Shown one piece after another: positions 40,806 to 53,991 of a stretch of 64,000 nucleotides of DNA (positions are counted from its first letter, which is position 1; each line of letters opens with the position of its first letter). Source of the stretch: Eledone cirrhosa (Eukaryota). The notes beneath the pieces are model-generated. The model searched no databases. It saw only the letters and a list, made by a program, of their open reading frames with translations, and was not told where the DNA came from. The stretch is taken from the NCBI GenBank assembly GCA_964016885.1, contig OZ024765.1, positions 22,134,001 through 22,198,000 of the forward strand. The letters run 5' to 3'. The translations under genes were made by a program, and so were the position numbers.

Positions 40806-41097
40806 TTTACGTCCGCTTTTCCCTGCTTGCAGGAGTGGGACGGGAACTGATTCTGGCTTGATTTCTACAGCTGGATGCACTTCGTAACACCAACCTCATT
40901 TACAGTGAGTGCTGGGTGATTGTTTGCCATGGCACCTCCACGACCACTTTGCAGTGGAATGATAGGGACTGAGGTCCCTATCATCTCATTTCTACAGCTG
41001 AGTAAAGTGGAGCAATGTGAAATAAAGTGTCTGAGAATTGAACTCACAACCTTTTGATTGCAAGGCCAATGCTCTAACCACTAAGCCATGTGCCTCC
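40806..41097 (-). mobile_element. tRNA-derived SINE with RTE-type tail (internal deletion)
   Basis: Reverse complement of the 46181-46517 family. Confidence 0.85.
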
Positions 41098-41105
41098 ATA
41101 TATAT

Positions 41106-41985
41106 CATCATCATCATCATCATCATTTTACGTCCGCTTTTCCCTGCTTGCAAGGGTGGGACGGGTCTTATTCAGCACAGCATCTCTCCACTCGTCACGG
41201 TCCTTCGTCATCTCCACCGTGAGCTTCAATGATCTGAGGTCTGTTCTCACCACCTCCGCCCATGTTTTTCGTGGTCTAGCTCTACCACGTCTTCCTTCAA
41301 CTGGCATTTCCTGGCACTTCTTCACCCATCAGTCATCTTCCATGCGCATCACATGTCCATACCACCTCAGTCCCCTCTCCCGTACACTACATTCTATCCC
41401 ACTCAGACACAGTTTCTCTCTCAACACATTTATGCTGGGTCATTCACGCACATTTACACTGCACATCCAACGGAGCATGCTTGCCTCATTTCTCTCCAGC
41501 CGTCGCATATCCTCTGCAGTTGCTGCCCATGTCTCACTACCATGCAGCATCGCGCTCCTCACACAGGCATCATACAACCGGCCTTTCGTACGCAGGGAGA
41601 AACCCTTCTTCGTCAACAGAGGAAGCAGCTCCCTAAACTTCTTCCAACCCATCCTTATTCTAGATACTATGGCCTCGGAACACCCTCCTCCCATGCTAAT
41701 CTGATCTCCTAGGTACCGGAAGCTATCCACCACTTCTATAGCACCCTCCTGCATTTAAAAAATGTGTCTATCAATGCGACTTCTACTGTCTAATTTCCCT
41801 GTACATCTTCTGTATACATATTTCTCCCTACCTGTTAGTTTGCCTGCTATCCCGCTACATCTCTTGTGTACCCAGGGTTTGCATTGTGTGCATTTTATAG
41901 AATTTATGCCAGTTCCTTTTCTGCATATCGAACATGGCCATTTCCCTGACGGAATCAGAGTTTTGTCCTCTTTTCTATATATCCT
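41106..41985 (-). mobile_element. 5'-truncated RTE (326-1520 family)
   Basis: GWKKFRELLPLL, LHGSETW, (TGA)n tail. Confidence 0.9.
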
Positions 41986-42019
41986 CTTTTCTATATATAT
42001 ATATATATATACATATATA

Positions 42020-44477
42020 TCATCATCATCATCAACGTTTAACGTCCGTGTTCCACGCTTGCATGGGTTTGGACGGGGGTATTCCTACTTGAGGCAAGAG
42101 TGATTGTCTTGCTCGCATAGGACTGTCTGGCAGGTTTTCTACAGTTGGATGCCCTTCCTAACACCAACCACATTTACAGTGTGGGACTGGGAGGTTTTTA
42201 CCGTGTTGCCTACACGGCCACATTACAGCGTGGAATGTGTGTTTTTTTGTCGTGACACCTACACGATCTCATTTGTTTCGGCCTGGATGTTGTGGCACCA
42301 ACATAACTTTACATAGGAGGGGGTGGTGTGTATGGGGTGTGGGTGGTGGGACGGGGGCGTATTTTGTTAGAGATGCCTACTGGCTGTAGTAGGTTTTACT
42401 ATGTATTTAGGTAAGGCGGGTCTTCTCTATTACTGAGTACCGCCAAAGGTCTCGGTCCAGTGACATTGTCTTGGAGAGGTGTAAGTGTGTGAGGTCGGAG
42501 TTTATCAGCTCGTCCCAGGATTTTGTCGGTCTGCCTATTCCGTGGCTACCGTCTATCTTTATTGCCCTGCACTTTGTTAAACAGCTATCGACTTTCATGC
42601 GCATCACGTGTCCGTACCAACGTAGCCTTCTCTCGAGTAAACAACATCTGATCCCTCTTATTTCTAATTTTTTTCCTTAGTTCGTTTATGCTTTGCCGTT
42701 CACGTATATTACTATTACACATCCAGCGGAGCATGCAAGCTTCGTTCCTCTCTAGTCTGCGTATATCCTCTGCGCACAATGCCCAGGTCTCGCTGCCATG
42801 CAACATTGCTGTTCGTATGCAGGCATCATACAACCTGCCTTTCATTTTTAGGGAGAACCCTTTAGCAGCTAATAGTGGTATAAGCTCTCTGAACTTTTTC
42901 TATCCAGTTCTGACTCTAGCTACTGTACTTTCGGAGCACCCTCCCCCACTGCTGATTTTGTCACCCAGGTAACGGAAGCTGTCCACTATTTCTATAGAGC
43001 CCTCTGTGCAATTGAAAGAGTTAGTATTTTGTGGGCACTTGCTGCTACTTATTGCACCAGAGCACCGCCCACATGTAAAATCTAAGTTCTTAGTTAGCTT
43101 ACCTGTGATCCCACTACATCTTTTATGCACCCATACTTTGCATTTGGGACATAAAATGGAGTTTCTACCTACGCCTTTCCTACAAACTGAGCATGGCCAT
43201 TTCCCGGAAGGGACCGCCGCCTTATTTTCTTTCCTACAAACTAGAACTTTAGTCTTAGCCAGGTTAATTTTAAGGCCTTTTGATTCTAGGCTGTGCTTCC
43301 ACGTTTGGAATTTCTTCTCTAGCTCAGCCATTGATTCAGCTATGAGTGTCATGTCGTCTGCGTATAGGAGTTCCCATGGGCAGCCTGTCTTGAACTCCTC
43401 TGTTATAGCCTGAAGGGCAATAATAAATAGTAGGGGGCTGAGAACAGAGCCCTGATGGACGCCAACTTTTACGCTAAACTCTTCACTATATTCGTTGTTA
43501 ATTCTAACCTTGCTGACTGTTTCTTTATACATGGCTTGTATAGCTCTCACAAGCCATTCGTCGACACCTAGTTTTCTAAAGGCCCACCAGATAATGGAAC
43601 GGGGGACTCTGTCGAAGGCTTTCTCCAAGTCGACAAAAGCTAAGTAGAGGGGTTTACCTTTAGCTAGGTACTTCTCCTGTAGTTGACGTACAATGAAAAG
43701 AGCGTCTGTGGTACTTATGCCTGACACAAACCCGAACTGCATTTCATCTAGGTCAATTCTCTCTCTGATTAGTTGCGCTATTACTTTTTCCGTGACCTTC
43801 ATGACCTGGTCGATTAGTTTAATGCCTCTATAGTTACTCCTATCTAGGGCATCTCCTTTACCCTTATAACAGTTAACGATGATGCTGCTATGCCAGTCCT
43901 TCGGAACAACCCCATTCTGTACGACTTGGTTAACTATCCGGGTGACCAAGGTGTGTCCCACCGAGCCAGATGCCTTCAGCATCTCAGCAACTATTTCCGA
44001 AGGCCCAGCCGCCTTACCCGTCTTCATATCCTTGATTGTCTTACTTATTATACTACCCACGACTAACACTGCTGGTCCCTCTATTGGGTCGATGTAGGGG
44101 AGACTGTCTTTCTCCCATTTATTCTCCCCATTTTGTAGCCTTTCATAGTGACACTTCCAAGCTACCTTCTTATCAGCGTCGGTGATGGCAAGTACGCCGT
44201 CATCATTAAGTACACACTTCTCCCCGACAATATCACGGTTTTCCTTGACACATTTCCTAGCAATCCTGAACACCTCACGTTTTTGGTTCTCGCGTTGTAG
44301 AACATGCTTGAACTTTCTTTCCTCTGCTTCCCTTCTTGCGAAGTACACTTGTCTCCTAGCCTCCCTCCTGGCCACTTGATAGTCTTCTCTACTTCCCCCA
44401 TCCCGCCATACTTTCCAAGCCTGCTTTTTGGCCTTAATTGACCCCTCCACCCTACTGTTCCACCACCATGTTACTCT

Positions 44478-44480
<3 letters not shown>
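42020..44480 (-). mobile_element. 5'-truncated, disrupted RTE (subfamily close to 14200-17860)
   Basis: 516-aa RT piece with YADD and the PHD-like finger, then a stop and frameshifts, 3' UTR and (TGA)n tail. Confidence 0.92.
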
Positions 44481-44547
<67 letters not shown>

Positions 44548-44899
44548 ATATGTGATTCAGTGATAGGGTTCTTTTAATTTAAATAGGAACCTTTTAAAAA
44601 GGGTGGGGTTGTTTCATAGAACCAGGGTTGGTTCTATCATAATTTATTTCTACTGAAGGACTCTGTCTATAATTAGCTGCTTTTTTAGCTATCTGGGTTA
44701 CCTTTTAAATATTGCTTCCTGGTTGGGATGGTACTTCCAATGTTGTATTGCATAATATACTCATATATTATATCATCATACACACACACACTTATATATA
44801 TTTATTGACACACACACACATGTATATATAGACACACACACAGAGATACATATATATATATATAGACAAATATATATAAATATATAGATATATAGACAC

Positions 44900-45410
44900 A
44901 TTAAATTTGAACATATGTTCCTTAAGGGTTAATTTTATGCTGGCTCCCACCGCATGTGCAATCATTTTCTTTAGTTCATCGTGGTTTTCGGGGGTCCGTA
45001 TGGCTCTGGTCCACCCGTTCCATCTATTTGTGTGGGTTTTCTTGGTCATTGAGGTAATGGTAGCTGGTCTGGCTCTTGCTGGTCTTATAGGACACAGGTT
45101 GCTAAGGTCATATGTGTCTAGGTAATTATTACTATAGGTAAGTTGAAGTAGGAGTCCCAGCTCACTGGTATCAATCCCACAGAATTCAACATTGCTCTCA
45201 CTGATCATTCCTACGCATTTCTCCACAGCAAAATCCATGTCAATAGATGGATATAGGGACACAACATCCATACTACCTATTATACAGTCTGTTAGGTCCC
45301 TAGATCTGTTATTTTCGCTGATTCTGCTGAGGAGGTCCTCCGTGCTGTCACATATATCTGGGGACATTTCAATGATGGGGCGTATGATTGGCAACATCAC
45401 CCTCCCAAAG
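44900..45410 (-). pseudogene. Fragment of a Penelope-like RT from a different clade (duplicate at ~51983-52495)
   Basis: RPII...STEDLL...CIIGSMDVVSLYPSID (RT motif A)...HMFKFN, bounded by TA repeats. Confidence 0.7.
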
Positions 45411-45439
45411 TATAACAATATATATATATATTTATATAT

Positions 45440-46080
45440 GTAGATAAATCTACCAAAAGTTTACGGTAGTAATTTATTGTTACATTTTTATAAATATATC
45501 GAGATTGATACTTTCCTTTAATTATTACACTCCCTTACCTCTTTTACTTCCGCATCTAAGTGTACGTGTGTGTAGGCGTGTTTATGCGCGCGCCTTCATA
45601 TTCATATACTTATGATGTATCTATTCTGTCTGTAGATTACAGACATACAGATACATTTGCCCTAAATTTTAGATTTACACACACTTTTTCACTATACGTA
45701 TACATATGAGCATACACATATATGCACATCTGTGAGCGTATTTACATACATATACACACACCTAACTATATTTCTTGATAGATTTTTATATATTTCAATC
45801 TCTATTTCATTTGTCTATTCAAAACATGTTCCCAAACAGACCTATTGTATTGGATCTTTGTTCTTATCAATAAACAAGCATCATTATTTCTGAAGACAGC
45901 ATATATATGTGAAGGTATGTATATTCCCTCTGATAGTTTGTATAATATTGTACATAGATCTATAGAATATGCATACCAATTCTAACACATATATGTCCTA
46001 GAAACGATCGTAAAATAATGAACTTTTTTTGTTTAATATAAGGAACTGTTTCTTTGTTTATTCATTATTTTTTTAATAAT
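45440..46080 (+). mobile_element. Non-coding hammerhead element inserted in (TA)n
   Basis: Absent from the paralogous site at ~52500-52550. Contains a hammerhead. Confidence 0.8.
45882..46020 (+). ncRNA. Type I hammerhead ribozyme with a 104-nt stem II region
   Basis: cattattt-CTGAAGA-..catatatatgtg....cacatatatg..-GAAA-cgatcg-TA-aaataatg. Perfect 8-bp stem I and palindromic stem III. Confidence 0.85.
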
Positions 46081-46180
46081 TTATATATTTATATATATAT
46101 ATTTATATATTTATATATATATTTATATATTTATATATATTTATATATATATATATATATATTTAATGTATAATAAATAT

Positions 46181-46517
46181 GGAGGCACATGGCTTAGTGG
46201 TTAGAGCATTGGCCTTGCAATCGAAAGGTTTTGAGTTCAATTCTCAGACCGGGTGATGTGTTGTTTCCTTGAGCAAGGCACTTTATTTCACATTGCTCCA
46301 GTTTACTCAGCTGTAGAAATGAGATGATAGGGACTGGGGTCCCTATCATTCCACTGTAAAGTGGTCGTGGAGGTGCCACGGCAAAAAAGCACGCAGCACT
46401 CACTGTAAATGAGGTTGGTGTTAGGAAGGGCATCCAGCTGTAGAAATCAAGCCAGAATCAGTTCCCGTCCCACCCTTGCAAGCAGGGAAAAGTGGACGTA
46501 AAATGATGATGATGATG
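46181..46517 (+). mobile_element. Full-length tRNA-derived SINE with RTE-derived 3' tail; copies at 46903-47228 (-), 52567-52904 (+) and 53273-53592 (-)
   Basis: A box TGGCTTAGTGG, B box GAGTTCAATTC, CORE-like TCCTTGAGCAAGGCACTT, 3' part matching the RTE 3' UTR, (TGA)n tail, and AATAAA on both sides. Confidence 0.9.
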
Positions 46518-46697
46518 AATAAACAATACAGTATAATTACCTCATTACCAAAGATTTCCTGAATGAGACGAATACAAGAAACGTCCGCATTCGTTCGTCA
46601 GACAAGGCAATTTAAAACATAGTGAAATATTTGAAAAATCTCAAGAAAGGCTAAAATCTTGAGGATATTTTTCAAATATTTCACTATGTTATAAATT

Positions 46698-46767
46698 GCC
46701 TTGTCTGACGAACGAATGCGGACGTTTCTTGTATTCGTCTTATTCGGGAAACCTTTGGTAATGAGGT
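46698..46767 (+). ncRNA. Type I hammerhead ribozyme (inverted copy 46539-46608; duplicates 53067-53136 + and 52926-52995 -)
   Basis: gccttgt-CTGACGA-acgaatgcggacg...cgtcttattcgg-GAAA-cctttgg-TA-atgaggt. Confidence 0.8.
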
Positions 46768-47235
46768 AATTATACTGTATTGTTTATTATACATTAAATA
46801 TTTAGCTCTGTAACTCACATAGAGCACTCTTCACTCCTATGACTTTTTCTATTTTCAACGGAAACTTCAATACCTATATATATATATTCATTTCATTCAT
46901 TTCATTTTACGTCCGCTTTTTCCCTGCTTGCAAGGGTGGGACGGGAACTGATTCTGGCTTGATTTCTACAGCTGGATGCCCTTCCTAACACCAACCTCAT
47001 TTACAGTGAGTGCTGGGTGCTTTTTTGCCGTGGCACCTCCACGACCACTTTGCAGTAGAATGATAGGGACCCCAATCCCTATCATCTCATTTCTACAGCT
47101 GAGTAAACTGGAGCAATGTGAAATAAAGTGTCTTGCTCAAGGAAACAACACATCATCCGGTCTGAGAATTGAATTCACAACCTTTCGATTGCAAGGCCAA
47201 TGCTCTAACCACTAAGCCATGTGCCTCCATATATA

Positions 47236-48128
47236 TCATCATCATCATCATCATCATCATCATTTTACGTCCGCTTTTCCCTGCTTGCAAGGGTGGGACG
47301 GGTCTTATTCAGCACAGCATCTCTCCACTCGTCACGGTCCTTCGTCATCTCCACCGTGAGATTCAATGATCTGAGGTCTGTTCTCACCACCTCCGCCCAT
47401 GTTTTTCGTGGTCTACCTCTACCACGTCTTCCTACAACTGGCAATTCCTGGCACTTCTTCACCCATCGGTCATCCTCCATGCGCATCACATGTCCATACC
47501 ACCTCAGTCTCCTCTCCCGTACACTACATTCTATCCCACTCAGACACAGTTTCTCTCTCAACACATTTATGCTGGGTCGTTCACGCACATTTACACTGTA
47601 CATCCAACGGAGCATGCTTGCCTCATTTCTCTCCAGCCATCGCATATCCTCTGCAGTTGCTGCCCATGTCTCACTACCATGCAGCATCGCGCTCCTCACA
47701 CAGGCATCATACAACCGGCCTTTCGTACGCAGGGAGAAACCCTTCTTCGTCAACAGAGGAAGCAGCTCCCTAAACTTCTTCCAACCCGTCCTTATTCTAG
47801 ATACTATAGCCTCGGAACACCCTCCTCCCATGCTAATCTGATCTCCTAGGTACCGGAAGCTATCCACCACTTCTATAGCGCCCTCATGCATTTGAAAAAT
47901 GTGTCTATCAATGCGACTTCTACTGTCTAATTTCCCTGTACATCTACTGCATACATATTTCTCCCTACCTGTTAATTTGCCTGCTATGCCGCTACATCTC
48001 TTGTGTACCCAAGATCTGCATTGTGTGCATTTTATAGAATTTATGCCAGTTCCTTTTCTGCATATCGAACATGGCCATTTCCCTGACGGAATCAGAGTTT
48101 TGTCCTCTTATCTATATATCCTCTTTTC
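47236..48128 (-). mobile_element. 5'-truncated RTE, paralog of 41106-41985
   Basis: Same truncation point and same adjacent SINE as 41106-41985. Confidence 0.9.
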
Positions 48129-48229
<101 letters not shown>

Positions 48230-49399
48230 GATATTAAATAAATGGAAACTATATTTATAAAACCATATTTATTTCATTATATATATTTCAGGGATATCAT
48301 ATTAAAAATATGTTATGCCTTCTTCAGACAAAATACAATATAAACAGTCTTATAAATAGATAGATTCGACATACCTTTCAACTTCAACTTCCATTTAAAA
48401 AGTTGATTTGGTAGTGAAAAATATTAGGGACAGTTATAAAAAGAAAGAAAGAAAAAACGAAGAAAAAGAAGAAATGCATGCAACTAAATAGAGAGAGATA
48501 GATATAGAGAGATAGATAGAGAGAAGAAATTCATGTAAAGAAACAGAGAGAGATATATAGAGAGAGGAAAACACAGAGGGAGATAGATAGAGAGAGAGAG
48601 AGAGGAGAGAGAGAGAGAAAATATAGAGAGATAGATATAGATAGAGATAGAGTTAAAGAAAATAGGTAGTTGGGCACCAGTTGAATGACGTATCAATGAT
48701 ATATTTATTTATTTATTTATTTATTTAGCTCTAGTATTAATGTAGAGAGAGATATATGTGGTTAGGAGAGAAAACAGCCATTACATAGAGAGAAAAGAAA
48801 AATATCCAGACATAAACGAGGCAGATTTAAAACACTATGTTTCATCAATGTAAAAATATCAATTCGTATAAATCAGGCATTATAATGTAAATATCAGTAT
48901 TCATGAATGAGACACGTATCAATAATGTGTGAAAAATAATGATCATATGTCTAGTTTAAAATTCCTAGGTTTATATCAGAGTTGAGATAAAATAGAAGGT
49001 TATCCCAGATTCGATACTATAGACATCCATGTGAATTTACGTGATCAACTCTGCAAATTCCTATTTCACACGAAAACATTCTCATTGTGCTATAAAAATT
49101 CTAGTATACATATATGTGTACATACACACAAATATACATAGAGTCTACATTAATTTTAACAATACTATTCTTGTCTTTACTCTACATGATTATCGTTCAA
49201 GCATAAATAGAGAACAGATATCAATATATCAATAAAAATATCAAAAACAAAAAAATAAAAAAACACAAAAAAATATTAAAAATAAAAATATTAAAAATAT
49301 TAAAAATAAAAATAAAACATAGTATGCCCTGCAAATCAACCACAGAGATCAACCCTTCAAAGTTAATTGACAATATATTGCCAAGTTCGTTATAAGCAT

Positions 49400-49969
49400 A
49401 GGTATCACTCAATTTTCAATAGACATACTATAAAATTAACCACCAAAAATTTAGCACAAAATATTAATAGAATAAATAATAGGAATTTAAAACCTAGCCA
49501 AAATACCGATAATAGCATAAATAATATCCAAGTAAACAAATGTAACTGTAGAGATAGATCTAAATGTCCGTTAAATAACAATTGCTTAGTTAAAAATATA
49601 ATATACAACTGTAATGTTAAAACGGACTTAAATTCTTTTAACTATGTTGGTTCCACCTCGACAGAATTTAAACTTCGCTATAATAACCACAAGAATTCTT
49701 TCACAGATCCAAGCAAAAAATCTTCAACATCACTATCAGGCTTACTCTGGCAACTTAGGCATGATAACGTTGGATATTCGACGGCTTGGAATATAGTCTC
49801 AAGAGGGATTCCTTTTAATTCATCCTCTGAGACATGTGACCTCTGCGCGGAGGAGATATTCTTTATACTAAAATCTAAAAATTCCCTTAATTTACGGACA
49901 AATTTATTCAGTTGCTGCAGACATAGATTGAACTCAACTTTTAAATATAAATATAAATTTAAAATGTAG
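49400..49969 (+). CDS. PLE GIY-YIG endonuclease C-terminal fragment
   Basis: IFNRHTIKL, CNCRDRSKCPLNNNCL, IIYNC...YVGST, FKLRYNNHK, CDLC, CCRHR. Confidence 0.85.
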   Translation, partial: RYHSIFNRHTIKLTTKNLAQNINRINNRNLKPSQNTDNSINNIQVNKCNCRDRSKCPLNNNCLVKNIIYNCNVKTDLNSFNYVGSTSTEFKLRYNNHKNSFTDPSKKSSTSLSGLLWQLRHDNVGYSTAWNIVSRGIPFNSSSETCDLCAEEIFFILKSKNSLNLRTNLFSCCRHRLNSTFKYKYKFKM

Positions 49970-51286
49970 TATATTTAATTTGATTTATAATTATTTATGA
50001 AACTCGCCGATAAATCTTTCGATTTCTTTTTTTATTTTAAACATTCTTCATGAATAATTAAACTACCCTAAAAGCTGATGCTCCAAATATATCGAATAAA
50101 TTTTACACGAGATAAACTTCTATATTAAATATAAGACCATCTGTAGATCAAATGGGTATCCTAAACTTTTGGAATGATTTCTACTAGACAAGATTTGGTA
50201 AATAATTTTTGGTTTTGTTTGCTTTTGATTCTGATGCTTATAACGAACTTGGCAATATATTGTCAATTAACTTTGATCTCTGTGGTTGATTTGCAGGGCA
50301 TACTATGTTTTATTTTTATTTTTAATATTTTTAATATTTTTATTTTTAATATTTTTTTGTGTTTTTTTATTTTTTTGTTTCTGATATTTTTATTGATATA
50401 TTGATATCTGTTCTCTATTTATGCTTGAACGATAATCATGTAGAGTAAAGACAAGAATAGTATTGTTAAAATTAATGTAGACTCTATATATATTTGTGTG
50501 TATGTACACATATATGTATACTAGAATTTTTATAGCACAATGAGAATGTTTTCGTGTGAAATAGGAATTTGCAGAGTTGATCACGTAAATTCACATGGAT
50601 GTCTATAGTATCGAATCTGGGATAACCTTCTATTTATCTCAACTCTGATATAAACCTAGGAATTTTAAACTAGACATATGATCATTATTTTTCACACATT
50701 ATTGATACGTGTCTCATTCATGAATACTGATATTTACATTATAATGCCTGATTTATACGAATTGATATTTTTACATTGATGAAACATAGTGTTTTATCTG
50801 CCTCGTTTATGTCTGGATATTTTTCTTTTCTCTCTATGTAATGGCTGTTTTCTCTCCTAACCACATATATCTCTCTCTACATTAATACTAAAGCTAAATA
50901 AATAAATAAATAAATAAATATATCATTGATACGTCATTCAACTGGTGCCCAACTACCTATTTTCTTTAACTCTATCTCTATCTATATCTATCTCTCTATA
51001 TTTTCTCTCTCTCTCTCCTCTCTCTCTCTCTCTATCTATCTCCCTCTGTGTTTTTTCCTCTCTCTATATATCTCTCTCTGTTTCTTTACATGAATTTCTT
51101 CTCTCTATCTATCTCTATATCTATCTCTCTCTATTTAGTTGCATGCATTTCTTCTTTTTCTTCGTTTTTTCTTTCTTTCTTTTTATAACTGTCCCTAATA
51201 TTTTTCACTACCAAATCAACTTTTTAAATGGAAGTTGAAGTTGAAAGGTATGTCGAATCTATCTATTTATAAGACTGTTTATATTG

Positions 51287-51352
51287 TATTTTGTCTGAAG
51301 AAGGCATAACATATTTTTAATATGATATCCCTGAAATATATATAATGAAATA
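51287..51352 (+). ncRNA. Type I hammerhead ribozyme (inverted copy at 48270-48335)
   Basis: tattttgt-CTGAAGA-aggcataacatatt..aatatgatatccct-GAAA-tatata-TA-atgaaata. Confidence 0.8.
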
Positions 51353-51478
51353 AATATGGTTTTATAAATATAGTTTCCAATTATTTAATATCGTAAATAT
51401 ACTCCAAATACTTGTTGAGTGCTTTTATATCAGTTATAAATATTTACTCGTTGTAACCCAACAATTTAAATAAAACTT

Positions 51479-53811
<2,333 letters not shown>

Positions 53812-53991
53812 ATATATGTAGGAGGTGAGTTTTATTGTAGTACAATAAAGCAATGCAGATATCGGATAAGAAGCACTCTACAGTTTGTAGGACTGGAGTA
53901 TACATAATATAAGATCAAAAGATGGTTAAAGGAGTTCCATGTATTTTATTATGCGCATTTCAAAAACAGACATCATCATGCAATAATATTT

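Larger units (their letters stand above)
46159..46874 (+). mobile_element. Short hairpin hammerhead element with a SINE in its left arm; duplicate at ~52545-53243
   Basis: Inverted arms centred at ~46650, a hammerhead in each arm, and a ~73-bp unpaired 3' tail ending at (TA)n. Confidence 0.75.

Noticed and set aside
44560-44752. Possible decayed PLE thumb fragment (HWKYHP...IIDRVL) on the minus strand
   Set aside because: Multiple stops and too little similarity to call.
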